Of a DNA stretch of 62,943 nucleotides, positions 27,954 through 38,779 are shown in pieces. Under the pieces are notes generated by a model that saw only the letters and a program-made list of their open reading frames with translations, searched no databases and was not told the origin of the DNA. The translations under genes were made by a program, and so were the position numbers. The stretch's first letter is position 1. Each line of letters starts with the position of its first letter. The stretch comes from Pseudomonadota bacterium (lineage in GTDB: Bacteria > Bdellovibrionota > Bdellovibrionia > Bdellovibrionales > SG-bin7), in assembly GCA_034439715.1 (NCBI GenBank), contig JAWXAY010000035.1, positions 1 through 62,943 on the forward strand, written 5' to 3'.

Positions 27954-30823
27954 AGCATATTCACCTCTGGGGGGTGAAACAAAATAACCTCAAGAATATT
28001 GAGGTTAAAATCCCACTCGGATCTTACACTGTTATTTGCGGCCCTAGTGGCTCTGGCAAAAGCAGCCTTGCTTTTGAAACCTTGTACGCTGAAGGGCAGC
28101 GGAGGTATATTGAAAGCCTTTCGAACTACGCGAAACAATATATCAACAAGGCGCCAAAACCAGATATCGAAGGTGTAGAAAATCTGCCTCCCGCTATTGC
28201 CATCGAACAAAAGAATACCGTTAAAACAAGTCGCTCGACGGTGGGAACTACTACTGAGGTTTTTGATTATTTAAGGCTTCTTTTTGAGAAACTAGGTTCG
28301 CCTTTTTGTCCCAATGACAAAACACCCATCGAAAAAGAATCTGTCACGGTGGCCACCGACAAAACCATTAAAAAGTTTTCAGGAAAACGCGGCTATATTT
28401 TAGCGCCGGTCACAGAAAAAATGCGTGTCGCCACCGGAAAAAAGCTGCACGCCATGCTTTTAAAAGAGGGTTTATTAAGAATATTTACTTCAAAAAACGA
28501 AGTTGTCGAAATTGATAACTCTGCCGCAGTAAAAAAAGGATTACCTAAAGAGGATTTTTGGATAGTGGTGGATCGTGTCGTTTTTAGCCTCGATGAAAAA
28601 GCCCGCCTTGCTGATTCTATTGGTCAGTCTTACACGATTTCTACCCGACTAAACACAGGGTTCGCGGGTGGCCACGCTCTCATTCAAACGACCGAAAATG
28701 AAACTCTAAAAGTCAGCGAAGAGAACTCTTGCTCCTTATGCGGCTATACTTTTCCCAACATTACCTCGACTCTGTTTAGCTTTAATAGTCCGATAGGCGC
28801 GTGCACTTCGTGTAAAGGCTTTGGCAACATACTAAGCCTCGACGAAGAAAAGATTGTGCCAAATCCAAAGCTGACAATTGCTGAGGGCGCACTTCGCCCC
28901 TACACCATGCCAAGTAGTACTGCTGACCGTCGCGCACTGTTAGAGTTTTGTCGTCGCAGAAAAATTGACTCACATCTCCCCTGGCAGGACCTCACGCGCG
29001 AGCAAAAAAATCTAATTTGGTCCGGCGACGAAAAATTTGACGGCATAAATGGCTTCTTTGAATACCTTGAAAGCAAAAAATATAAAATGCACGTGCGCGT
29101 TTTTTTATCTCACTATAAAAGCGCCACTTTGTGTGCCTCGTGCCAGGGCTCTCGACTCAATCTTTTTGTCGGGCACATATTAATTTCTGGAAAACCAATT
29201 GGTGAACTTTCGAAAATGACACTTGAAGAGTTATTAAAATTTATTAATAGCCTCGACCTAAATAAGACACAGGAGAAGATTGCCCTTGAAGTCCTAAAGC
29301 AAATCTCTTCGCGCTTGCAATTTTTGGTAGATGTGGGAGTTCACTATTTGACTCTCGATCGCCCTACAAAAACACTCTCTGGTGGCGAATATCAGCGTCT
29401 GACTTTAGCAAGCCAGCTCGGCATGGCGCTCTCGCAAACACTTTACGTTTTAGACGAGCCTACCATCGGACTGCACCCTCGTGATAACGACCGATTAATT
29501 GGTCTTTTAAAACAGCTCAACGCCATTGGCAACACCGTTATTATTGTGGAACACGATAAGGATGTGATCAGAAGCAGCCAAAATATTATTGAAATGGGGC
29601 CTGGCTCAGGCCATCTTGGCGGCGAGATTATTTACGATGGGCCAACGCCTGACTTTTACAAGTGTAAAGAATCTAGCACCGTCCCGTATTTGAAACCCCG
29701 AGCTAACCTTCTATCACAAAATTTTAATCGTCCCACCTCTCTCAAAGAATTTAAATATCTCATCTCGCTTAAAGGGTGTACCGGAAATAATTTAAAAAAT
29801 GTTACAGTGGCCTTCCCACTAAACCGCCTAGTGTGTGTAACTGGCGTAAGTGGTTCGGGTAAATCCACACTCATCACTCAGACTTTATATCCCGCGGTTG
29901 CTCGCGAGTTGGGAATTGAGTTTTTAAGGGCCGCGCCCTTTAAGTCCGTATCCGGCGCCAAATTTGTAAAAAATGTATTGTTGATAGATCAGTCACCGGT
30001 CGGCAGAACCTCCCGCAGTAATCCAGTCACTTATTTAAAGGTTTTCGATACCATTCGACAGATCATGGCAACTAGTCGCGAAGCTAGTGCTCTTGGTTAT
30101 ACCGCGAGTACATTTAGCATCAATGTCGATGGTGGTAGATGCCCCGTTTGTCGGGGTGCTGGCAGTGAGACCGTGGACATGATGTTTATGGACGATGTCG
30201 AAATCAAATGCGAGGCTTGTGATGGCAAAAAATATCGACCAGAAATTTTGGATATCAAATATAAAAATAAAAACATCCATGAGATCTTAAATATGACTGT
30301 CAATGAAGCAATGGATTTTTTTGTGGCCTATCCACAGATTCGTAGATCTTTGGGAATACTAAAAGAAGTGGGGCTTGATTACATTCGTTTGGGGCAAAGC
30401 GCCAATTCACTGAGCGGAGGAGAGTCGCAAAGATTAAAACTCGCTCGTGAGTTTAATTCTACCAACCAAAAATCAACTCTCTACATTCTTGACGAGCCAA
30501 CGACAGGATTACATTTTCGTGAGGTTGAGCTTTTACTTAAAGTTCTTAATAAACTTATTGATGCTGGTGGCAGTGTCCTGATCATCGAACACAATCTTGA
30601 CGTAATAGCTGCCTCTGATTATATCGTGGATCTGGGGCCAGAGGCCGGTGAGGCCGGGGGCAAGATTGTGTTTCAGGGCCCAATTGATAAGCTAATTACT
30701 AGTAAAAAGAGTCTAACTGGACAGTATTTGAAATCGTACCTTGAGGAAACGTACCCAAATTTGATAAACCTTAAAGTTAAGGGGATTCGTGCAGACGCTA
30801 AAAAAACTATTACCGTTACTTAG
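27950..30823 (+). CDS. uvrA: Excinuclease ABC subunit A (UvrA/UvrA2-type)
   Basis: Two ABC domains (GPSGSGKSS, GVSGSGKST), LSGGE signatures, zinc fingers. Confidence 0.93.
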   Translation: MKHIHLWGVKQNNLKNIEVKIPLGSYTVICGPSGSGKSSLAFETLYAEGQRRYIESLSNYAKQYINKAPKPDIEGVENLPPAIAIEQKNTVKTSRSTVGTTTEVFDYLRLLFEKLGSPFCPNDKTPIEKESVTVATDKTIKKFSGKRGYILAPVTEKMRVATGKKLHAMLLKEGLLRIFTSKNEVVEIDNSAAVKKGLPKEDFWIVVDRVVFSLDEKARLADSIGQSYTISTRLNTGFAGGHALIQTTENETLKVSEENSCSLCGYTFPNITSTLFSFNSPIGACTSCKGFGNILSLDEEKIVPNPKLTIAEGALRPYTMPSSTADRRALLEFCRRRKIDSHLPWQDLTREQKNLIWSGDEKFDGINGFFEYLESKKYKMHVRVFLSHYKSATLCASCQGSRLNLFVGHILISGKPIGELSKMTLEELLKFINSLDLNKTQEKIALEVLKQISSRLQFLVDVGVHYLTLDRPTKTLSGGEYQRLTLASQLGMALSQTLYVLDEPTIGLHPRDNDRLIGLLKQLNAIGNTVIIVEHDKDVIRSSQNIIEMGPGSGHLGGEIIYDGPTPDFYKCKESSTVPYLKPRANLLSQNFNRPTSLKEFKYLISLKGCTGNNLKNVTVAFPLNRLVCVTGVSGSGKSTLITQTLYPAVARELGIEFLRAAPFKSVSGAKFVKNVLLIDQSPVGRTSRSNPVTYLKVFDTIRQIMATSREASALGYTASTFSINVDGGRCPVCRGAGSETVDMMFMDDVEIKCEACDGKKYRPEILDIKYKNKNIHEILNMTVNEAMDFFVAYPQIRRSLGILKEVGLDYIRLGQSANSLSGGESQRLKLAREFNSTNQKSTLYILDEPTTGLHFREVELLLKVLNKLIDAGGSVLIIEHNLDVIAASDYIVDLGPEAGEAGGKIVFQGPIDKLITSKKSLTGQYLKSYLEETYPNLINLKVKGIRADAKKTITVT

Positions 30824-32576
30824 GCCTTACCGGTGGCAACTAGTTGGTGTCGTCATTTTGGGTGCACTCATGAGTCTGTGTCAGGGGTTGGTTGCCCCTC
30901 TGGGCGCCCTTTTATTTGATAACGTGTTTTCGAACTTGCCCCCACCCGAGGGCAGCCAAATCAAGAAACTCAATGATTTGCTTTATTCCTTCTTTGGCCG
31001 TGAACGCGAACAACTTATAATTGTGATTCCGTTAGCCTTTGTAGTTTTGTATTCTATAAATGGAGTATTTCGTTACGCCCATTTTTATTATACTCGCGTC
31101 ATTGGCGAAAAAATAACCATCGAAGTTCGGCAAAGACTTCAACAAAAATATTTGAATTTAAGTTTGACCTTTCACCATCAGTACGAAGGGGGCACTGGAG
31201 CATTGATCAGTCGCACTCTCAATGATGTCTCACAATTGCAAAATGCCATTTATTTGATTGCGGATTACGTTCGCGAGCCAATACTAATGATTTTATTATT
31301 CGTTAATTTGTTTATTCTCGATTGGAAGTTAACTCTGTGGACGCTATTTACCACACCGATATTTATTTTTATTATGAGGCAAATTGGCCGCGGTCTCAGA
31401 AAATACGGCCACCAAAGCCAATCCGCTATGGACACTGTTACCACTACTATTAAAGAGTCCCTGGATGGTGTTAAAGTAATTCAAGCCTACGGTTTAGAGA
31501 ATCAAATGAAAGAGCGTCTCAGTAAAAACGTGAGTCGTTACCTCGAAACTCGAAAGAGCATTATTGCTCACGAGGAAGCCGCTGGACCTCTTTCTGAGTT
31601 TGTAGGGACCTGCCTCTTTGCAGCTCTATGCTACTACGTTGGTAACGGTGTCGTGAATGGCACGTCTTCGGCGGGAGTTTTTGTTGGCTTTATCGTAGCA
31701 CTCGGATTAATGCAAAAACCAATCAAGACCCTGCAAAACGCCTTCGTTAAAATTCAACAGATTTTTGTCGTGACCGAAAGAATATTTAAAATTTTAGAAG
31801 ACCAGGGCCACGTCCCCGAGTTAACTAATGCAAAGGCTTTTCCGGAAAACTGGCAGACACTGTCTTTTAAAAATGTGTCCTTTTCGTTTGGCAGTGAACC
31901 CGTAATCACCGCTGTAAACCTGACAGTAAAGAGGGGTGAAGTTATTGCAATTGTTGGCGAGAGCGGTAGTGGCAAAACAACTCTTATGAATCTTTTGGAG
32001 AGATTCTTTGACCCTGAAAAGGGACATGTTTTTTTAGATGACACTAAAATCAGTGACCTTAAACTCAAAGATTTACGCAAGCATATTGCGCTAGTTACGC
32101 AAGATGTATTTCTATTTGATGATTCTGTTGAGAGCAATATTCACTCAGGAGATTTTGAAAAATCAAAAACCCTCGTGGTTGATTCTGCCAAAGCCGCCAA
32201 TGCGCACGGATTTATTGAAAAACTTTCTGGCGGTTATCAATATAAGGTTGGCGAACGCGGCCAAAAACTTTCTGGTGGCGAGAGACAACGGATTAGTATT
32301 GCTCGCGCCATATATCGAGATGCGCCGATCCTGATATTAGACGAGGCAACAAGCGCGCTAGACTCGGTCAGTGAAATTGAAGTTCAAAAAGGACTTGATC
32401 GACTAATGTTTGGCCGCACCTGTTTTGTTATTGCGCACCGGCTTTCGACAATACGAAAGGCTGATCGCATTCTCGTAGTCCAAAAAGGTACTATTGTTGA
32501 AGACGGCAATCATGACAAGCTCTTAGAGCTTCGTGGAGCCTATTTTAAATACTTTCAACTCCAGACCAACGGCTAG
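30789..32576 (+). CDS. msbA: MsbA-like ABC exporter
   Basis: TM domain plus GESGSGKT, LSGGERQR, DEATSALD. Confidence 0.75.
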   Translation: MQTLKKLLPLLRPYRWQLVGVVILGALMSLCQGLVAPLGALLFDNVFSNLPPPEGSQIKKLNDLLYSFFGREREQLIIVIPLAFVVLYSINGVFRYAHFYYTRVIGEKITIEVRQRLQQKYLNLSLTFHHQYEGGTGALISRTLNDVSQLQNAIYLIADYVREPILMILLFVNLFILDWKLTLWTLFTTPIFIFIMRQIGRGLRKYGHQSQSAMDTVTTTIKESLDGVKVIQAYGLENQMKERLSKNVSRYLETRKSIIAHEEAAGPLSEFVGTCLFAALCYYVGNGVVNGTSSAGVFVGFIVALGLMQKPIKTLQNAFVKIQQIFVVTERIFKILEDQGHVPELTNAKAFPENWQTLSFKNVSFSFGSEPVITAVNLTVKRGEVIAIVGESGSGKTTLMNLLERFFDPEKGHVFLDDTKISDLKLKDLRKHIALVTQDVFLFDDSVESNIHSGDFEKSKTLVVDSAKAANAHGFIEKLSGGYQYKVGERGQKLSGGERQRISIARAIYRDAPILILDEATSALDSVSEIEVQKGLDRLMFGRTCFVIAHRLSTIRKADRILVVQKGTIVEDGNHDKLLELRGAYFKYFQLQTNG

Positions 32577-32604
32577 TTTTTTGCCTAGAACTTTGATAGG
32601 CCCC

Positions 32605-32632
32605 TAAAGATTGTCGAATCTTTTGACGATAA
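32605..32632 (+). promoter_or_regulatory. sigma28-like promoter of the bEBP gene
   Basis: TAAAG-N15-GACGATAA. Confidence 0.55.
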
Positions 32633-32655
32633 AAGATTAGACAAGAGGTGAGCTT

Positions 32656-34239
32656 ATGATTAATTGGGATGAGTTTGAACATATCCATGTAATTAAAAAA
32701 CTAAAACAAATCCTTCACCAGTGGTGGAACATCGATACAGTTTTTACCGATGAGTCGGGACGCTTACGAGGATTGGATAAAAACAGCCAAGCCTTTGCCA
32801 ATCCCTTGACAGGGGCGCTCTTTGCAAAAGACACGGCAGTGCAAAGCCTAGGGGAACTAGTAAATAAAGCGGTCGACGAACTAAAATCCTCTACCAGTAA
32901 ACACGCCATCAAAAAGTGGGACCTCACGGGTTTCGATGTCGCTGTAGTTCCGATTATAATAGAAAATGATTTTATGGGCTGCGTGGTTTCTGTGGGCTTT
33001 CTTAAGGACATGGGCCAATCAAGTCGTGTCACAGAAATTCGCGATCGCCTTTCTGCCTTTGGGTTTACCAAAGAGGTTATTGAACACGGTCTATCACGCA
33101 TAAAAGCTCTCGATGACCAAAACAGAACTCATTTTATTGAACTCGTAGAACTAGTATCCCAAGAGGTTATCACGCTTCACCTTGAGATCACATCTCGCGA
33201 AGATAGAATTCGTGAACTCAATAAAGAGCTCGGCAGCCGCTATAAATATGACAATATGATCGGTAAATCTAAACCGATGCAAAGTCTCTACATGTTGATG
33301 GATAAAATTAAAACTGCCGACAGCACTGTTCTTATTCAAGGCGAAAACGGTACAGGCAAAGAACTTATCGCAAAATCGATTCATTATAATTCGAGTCGCA
33401 CGGGCGGCACATTTGTAATTGCCAACTGTTCTGCCTTTAACGACAATTTATTAGAGTCAGAGCTTTTTGGTCACGTAAAAGGATCTTTTACTGGAGCCAT
33501 TAAAGATAAAAAGGGCCTATTTGCAATGGCCGACAAGGGGACCTTCTTTTTAGACGAGGTGGGCGATACTTCTCCGCAAATGCAGGTAAAACTTTTGCGT
33601 GTTTTACAAGAAGGTACGTTTACTCCGGTAGGTAGCACCGAAACCAAGCGTGTTGACGTTCGGGTTATAACAGCTACCAATAAAAATTTAAAAGAAATGG
33701 TCGAGCGAGCAGAGTTTCGCGAGGACTTATATTATCGCCTTAACGTTATTAACTTGCGCGTACCACCACTCAGAGAAAGAAAAGAAGACATCCCACTTTT
33801 AGTGGAATCGTTTTTGAATAAAGCTGCAGGAGCAGATCCTGCCTCTAAAAGAATAATCACGAAACGCTGCCTCGAAAAACTTTATGATTATCACTGGCCC
33901 GGCAACGTAAGAGAACTGCAGAATGAAATTGAACGCATGGTGGTTCTATCTGGAACCGAAACTAAACTTACCGGCGACATGCTTTCACCCAAAATTTTAG
34001 AGGTTTCTGATGCCTCCAAGGTTCAAGGCGCGAGAGTCACAGGTAGACTTAAGGACGCTCTAGAAGAACTCGAAGTTCAAATGATTCGCGAAGGACTTCG
34101 TCGCACCGGCTGGAACAAATCAAAACTTGCGAAAGAACTTGGTATTAGCCGTGCCGGCCTAATTATGAAGGTCGAAAAGTATGGCCTTGATAAACGAAAG
34201 ATGGCTGCAGCGGCTGCCGCCATAAAAGTAGCGAAGTAA
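32656..34239 (+). CDS. sigma54-dependent activator (PocR-like sensor, AAA+, Fis HTH)
   Basis: GENGTGKE, ESELFGH.KGSFTGA, FLDEVG, FREDLYYRL, WPGNVREL, WNKSKLAKELGISR. Confidence 0.93.
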   Translation: MINWDEFEHIHVIKKLKQILHQWWNIDTVFTDESGRLRGLDKNSQAFANPLTGALFAKDTAVQSLGELVNKAVDELKSSTSKHAIKKWDLTGFDVAVVPIIIENDFMGCVVSVGFLKDMGQSSRVTEIRDRLSAFGFTKEVIEHGLSRIKALDDQNRTHFIELVELVSQEVITLHLEITSREDRIRELNKELGSRYKYDNMIGKSKPMQSLYMLMDKIKTADSTVLIQGENGTGKELIAKSIHYNSSRTGGTFVIANCSAFNDNLLESELFGHVKGSFTGAIKDKKGLFAMADKGTFFLDEVGDTSPQMQVKLLRVLQEGTFTPVGSTETKRVDVRVITATNKNLKEMVERAEFREDLYYRLNVINLRVPPLRERKEDIPLLVESFLNKAAGADPASKRIITKRCLEKLYDYHWPGNVRELQNEIERMVVLSGTETKLTGDMLSPKILEVSDASKVQGARVTGRLKDALEELEVQMIREGLRRTGWNKSKLAKELGISRAGLIMKVEKYGLDKRKMAAAAAAIKVAK

Positions 34240-34385
34240 CAAACTTCGTCCCAGTGTCTATCAAATAACGCTATTTCAAAGATAGGGGATGCCAATCTTT
34301 TTTGGCCGCCCAGACACACTCCGATATTCTCAATAAATTTAGCTAGTTATAAATATTCGTGCAAACGTATCAAGCGAAGGGGTAC

Positions 34386-34401
34386 AGGCACAGTCCTTGC
34401 G
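34386..34401 (+). promoter_or_regulatory. sigma54 promoter
   Basis: aGGCAC-agtcc-TTGCg. Confidence 0.7.
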
Positions 34402-34434
34402 TTATAGCCCAGTGATGTTGATTAGAGATCAACA

Positions 34435-35412
34435 GTGGAACGTATAAATTTGAGGACGGACTATATGAGCGGGCTATTACAAAGCGAAGAAAAGCTAAAT
34501 ATATTGGTGAACAAAATTGCAAACCTGATTCAAAATAACTTTGATGTTGGTTTTAAATTTCTGACTATTGAACAATGGGATTACATTGCTACCAACAGAA
34601 TCCTAAATGATAACGACATCTATCTACCCATCAAGGACGAGCACCACTTGCTTGGAGTCGCTCAAATAATAGAGGGAAAGGTACTGGACACTGACCAAGT
34701 CGCGCAGCTGGATATATTTATTGATAGTATTTTTTCAGGCGCGTTAACAATGTTGTCCCATATAGATGACCTAGAGCGCGAAGAAACGCGGATTAAAGAA
34801 ACTCATTCTGATCAGCGAAGTGAACTCTCCTCGAATGTTGTTCAGATCTCAAATTACAAACAGCGACGCGAAAAAACTAATACAATTGAGGTTAAAACTG
34901 CACCCGAAGTCCCACAAGGCGACCTCACTGTTTTTGTTCACGCCACCAGTCATGAGCAGATCTTTAAAATTGCGCACGAAATTTATACTCAAACGAAACG
35001 CTTTGCCTTTTTAGAAATTTCGTCCTTTAAGGAAAATGAACTCGCGCCAGAATTCTTAGAAAACTTGGGAAACATCTGCCTGTTTATCCCTGAAATTATA
35101 AATTTATCACCCAGGCAATCTCAAGTCATCGAACAATATCTTTTAAACCATCGCACGGATCCCAACGAAGGAGTCTTGATTGTTAGCGGCTCTATTCATA
35201 ATAGTGCCGAGCTCGTTAGATCATTAAATATACCACTCGACTTTTATCGACTGGTGTCGCAAGTGCGACTTAGCCATATGGACTTAACCCTGAGCCAAGA
35301 CCAGTTGGCGCTCTATGCCGAGACCGTCACCAAAGCACACCAAGATTTATTGATGATTATACTATTAAACCAACTAGGCATTACTTCATTAGGTGTTGAT
35401 AATCCCACCTAG
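34435..35412 (+). CDS. Hypothetical protein with a degenerate bEBP-AAA-like domain
   Basis: LFIPEI.NLS...Q..I.QYL, VLIVSGS and DFYRLV echo the bEBP AAA motifs, but Walker A, GAFTGA and HTH are absent. Confidence 0.6.
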   Translation: MERINLRTDYMSGLLQSEEKLNILVNKIANLIQNNFDVGFKFLTIEQWDYIATNRILNDNDIYLPIKDEHHLLGVAQIIEGKVLDTDQVAQLDIFIDSIFSGALTMLSHIDDLEREETRIKETHSDQRSELSSNVVQISNYKQRREKTNTIEVKTAPEVPQGDLTVFVHATSHEQIFKIAHEIYTQTKRFAFLEISSFKENELAPEFLENLGNICLFIPEIINLSPRQSQVIEQYLLNHRTDPNEGVLIVSGSIHNSAELVRSLNIPLDFYRLVSQVRLSHMDLTLSQDQLALYAETVTKAHQDLLMIILLNQLGITSLGVDNPT

Positions 35413-35430
35413 TTATGTCAAAATTTTTTG

Positions 35431-36471
35431 ATGACAGCGCTCGATTCAGAAAGTCTAAAAACCGAAGTTTTTTATTCTTTTCTTAAAAATCATTTTGGCA
35501 GTGAATCCTTTCAGGTCATACCTCTTGCAGGTGATGCTTCAGCCAGAAAATATTATCGTGTTGTTCACAAAGAATCTGCTTGGGTTTTAATGAGCTGGGA
35601 GCCTTTTGTCGACGACGGTAGATATCCTTTTTTATCGGTATTGCGACACTTTGCTAAGCATGATGTTTTAGTACCGAAGGTTGTAGACCTTCTGCCGCAA
35701 GATGGCTTAGTGCTTCTTGAGGATTTAGGTGACCTAACTCTTGAACGAAAATTTTGGGAAAATCAAAACCATGAAGTTGCGTTGCCGTTTTATAAAAAAG
35801 CCATTGATGAGTTGATCAAAATTCATTACCACGCCTCAAAAGACACTAAGGCCAAATGTGTGGCTTTTGATATCGCCTTTGATTCTAAAAAATTGATGTG
35901 GGAAATGAATTATGGTTTTGAACACCTTATCGATAAACTTTGTAACTCTAACATTTCAGAAAAAACCAAATCAGACCTGTACGCTATTTTTAATGAAATT
36001 TGTGAAACCCTTGACCGAGAACCCAAGTTTATTTGCCACCGCGACTACCACTCACGCAACATTATGCTCAAACATGGCAAAACGCGTATTATTGATTTTC
36101 AAGATGCCCGAATGGGGCCCATACAATATGATCTGGTAAGTCTTGCGAAAGATTCTTACGTCGACATTAGTCTCAACATGGGCAAAAGTTTACTAGAATA
36201 CTACTTAGCTCAAAGAACAAACGAAGGTTTCGAAAAGGTTTCCTGGGATCAGTTTATGGAAATCTACGAAATTCAAAGTGTGCAGCGCTGTTTTAAAGCG
36301 TGCGGTAGTTTCGCAAGTTTTTACAATTTAAGACAAGATAAACGCTATTTAAAATACCTACCAGTGACACTGCAGAAAATCAAAAAAAGCATTGAGTGCT
36401 TTACGAAATTTAAACTTTTTGACCAGATTTTAGAGGACAATGGCTTCTACAGTAATAAATTTGAGCTCTAG
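35431..36471 (+). CDS. amgK: Anomeric MurNAc/GlcNAc kinase (APH family)
   Basis: LAGDASARKYYR, LEDLGD, HRDYHSRNIM, IDFQDARMGP..YDL.SL..D, QR..KA.G.F; adjacent to murU. Confidence 0.85.
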   Translation: MTALDSESLKTEVFYSFLKNHFGSESFQVIPLAGDASARKYYRVVHKESAWVLMSWEPFVDDGRYPFLSVLRHFAKHDVLVPKVVDLLPQDGLVLLEDLGDLTLERKFWENQNHEVALPFYKKAIDELIKIHYHASKDTKAKCVAFDIAFDSKKLMWEMNYGFEHLIDKLCNSNISEKTKSDLYAIFNEICETLDREPKFICHRDYHSRNIMLKHGKTRIIDFQDARMGPIQYDLVSLAKDSYVDISLNMGKSLLEYYLAQRTNEGFEKVSWDQFMEIYEIQSVQRCFKACGSFASFYNLRQDKRYLKYLPVTLQKIKKSIECFTKFKLFDQILEDNGFYSNKFEL

Positions 36472-37549
36472 GCTTCCCATTTCGAACTCCAAATTTAACA
36501 CCATTGTTTTAGCAGCTGGGTTTGGTACCCGCTTTAAACCCCATACAGAAATTTTGCCTAAACCCGTCTTTCCTTTCTTGAACAATCCCTTTTTGTTTTA
36601 CTCCACTCATTTGGCAGAATACTTGATAACAACAAAACTGGTCATCAACACTCATCATTTGCCCACTAAAATAAAGGAATTAGTCATTCGAATTGTGCCT
36701 CCCACTTGCGCTAGCATCAAATCGGCACGCTATTATTTTTTAGATGAGGACCCGATTATTCTGGGTAGCGCTGGGGGCATTAAAAATGCGGAGGGCCACT
36801 TAAAAGGAAATGGTAATTTCTTAACTTTAAACGCAGACTCAGCGTTTTGGCCTAGCGATTTTAATTTTTTTCGAAATTTGCAGTCTAAGCACATGCAGGA
36901 GGGAGCACTGGCGACTTTGGCCCTGATTGAACATCCCGGAGTGGGCACACTTTATAATGCGGTTTGGATTAATGCGATCGGTGAGGTTGTGGGAATGGGT
37001 AAGCAGCCACCCTTGGGTGTCAAGGTACAGAAGGGACTACATTTTACAGGCATGCAATGGCTATCAGATGATGTTTTTGATTTAATTCCTTATGGAAAAG
37101 CTTGCGATATTTTTCGGGATATTTTGCTCCCGCAAATCGCACAGGGTAAAAAAGTTTTGGGGCATGAGGTTAAAGGACATTGGTTCGAGGCGGGTAGTCT
37201 TGAAATTTATTTAGCCGACACAAAGCGTGCGCTCGATTTACTAAATAATCAGGATCCTCGAAGTCTATTGAATTTTAACAGTAATGACTATGTACACTCT
37301 ATCTTTTCGCGTCTTTGGCGAAACTTTGAGAAACGTGAGTATATTTTAGAAAAAGTAAGTGGGGCACAAGTTCTCAGGGGTCATGATTCAACGATCGATC
37401 CCACCGCCGAACTTTCAGGTTTTGTGATTTTGGGTGAGGGGGTTAATGTTCCCGCTGGCTGCGCCCTTCATAATACGGTTATTAACTCCGGCGTGGTTTT
37501 GCCTGCGGACTTTGCGGCGGTCGACAGCCTAGTGCTGGCGACGCCTTAG
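36440..37549 (+). CDS. murU: MurNAc-1-P uridylyltransferase-like nucleotidyltransferase
   Basis: LAAGFGTRF.P.T...PKP, LGSAGGI, NAD; follows amgK. Confidence 0.75.
   Translation: MASTVINLSSRLPISNSKFNTIVLAAGFGTRFKPHTEILPKPVFPFLNNPFLFYSTHLAEYLITTKLVINTHHLPTKIKELVIRIVPPTCASIKSARYYFLDEDPIILGSAGGIKNAEGHLKGNGNFLTLNADSAFWPSDFNFFRNLQSKHMQEGALATLALIEHPGVGTLYNAVWINAIGEVVGMGKQPPLGVKVQKGLHFTGMQWLSDDVFDLIPYGKACDIFRDILLPQIAQGKKVLGHEVKGHWFEAGSLEIYLADTKRALDLLNNQDPRSLLNFNSNDYVHSIFSRLWRNFEKREYILEKVSGAQVLRGHDSTIDPTAELSGFVILGEGVNVPAGCALHNTVINSGVVLPADFAAVDSLVLATP
37515..37548 (+). repeat. Direct repeat copy 1 (murU 3' end)
   Basis: CGGCGGTCGACAGCCTAGTGCTGGCGACGCCTTA, 32/34 identical to 38780-38813. Confidence 0.9.
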
Positions 37550-37602
37550 ACTGGACTAAAAAACGGTATCTCTATTCCCGTTTTTATGTAAATATAGGGA
37601 AT

Positions 37603-38748
37603 ATGTTTCCCAGAAATTATAAGCATCCAAAGTCCCAAAGTTTCTTCCTTTTCGGCCCTCGGGGAACGGGTAAAACAACCTGGCTTAAAAATATGATGCC
37701 GACAGCCACACGAATAGATTTATTAGACGAGGCACTAGTTCAGTCCTATTTGCGTAATCCTCGCTTGTTTTATGAAGAATTGGCTCACTTGAGAGCAAAA
37801 AGTTAGGTCATTCTAGACGAAGTTCAAAGACTGCCTTCGCTATTAAATTATGTACATAAATTAATTGAAGAAAATAGGCTTCTTTTTGCGCTTACTGGCT
37901 CCAGTGCTAGAAAATTAAAAAAAGAAAATGCCAATATGTTAGCGGGGCGAGCCCTTTCGATGTCCTTTCACCCTCTCTCCGTAATAGAATTAGGCGGCCG
38001 GTTTGATCTCAAAGACTCCCTTCGCTTTGGACATTTACCAATGGTATTTAGCTCCGATGATCCAAAACAATATCTCAAATCATATGTGGGAACATACCTG
38101 AGAGAAGAGGTTCAGCAAGAGGCTCTGGTTAGAAATTTAGTGGGTTTTTCTCAATTCATGGAAGTCATGGCTTTGTCTCAAGGGCAACTCATAAACACCG
38201 AAAAAATCGGCGCAGAGGTTGGCGTTGATAGAAAAACAATTGAGAATTACCTAAAAATTTTAGAAGATCTTCTGCTTGCCAAAAGAGTTCCCGTGTTTCA
38301 AAAAAAGGCAAAAAGAAAAATGACCACAAAGCCTAAGTTTTTCTATTTTGACGTAGGAGTTTATCAAATATTGAGACCCCGCGGCCCTCTAGACCTTGAA
38401 AGTGAAATCCATGGTGTTGCCCTAGAGACTTTGATATTTCAGGAGTTGGTGGCCCTAATCGCACAAGAGGGACTTGATCTTGCCATTTCGTTTTATCGAA
38501 CAACCCAACATGTTGAGGTTGATTTTGTTGCTTATGGCGAAGATGGTTTTTTTGCTATCGAATCAAAAATGAGTCCACGAATTCGTCCAGAGGACTTAGT
38601 CGGCCTTAAACAATTTCACGAAGATTATCCTAAGGCAAAATGTTTTCTATTCTATCTAGGTACTGAACGAAGATTAATTGATAAATTTATACATGCGGTA
38701 CCTATAACCTCTGCACTAAAAAATTTACGAGACCTAATTAGCTCGTGA
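37603..38748 (+). pseudogene. AAA_14/DUF4143 ATPase interrupted by an in-frame TAG
   Basis: GPRGTGKT, then TAG at 37804-37806. The same frame continues VILDEVQ...LTGSSAR...LAGRA to EVDFV...AIESK. Confidence 0.88.
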
Positions 38749-38779
38749 GGCCATCATATAAAATTACCTAGCGAATATC

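Noticed and set aside
37804..37806. TAG recoding (alternative genetic code or pyrrolysine)
   Set aside because: TAG is an ordinary stop in neighbouring genes (murU, amgK, msbA). A point mutation is simpler.
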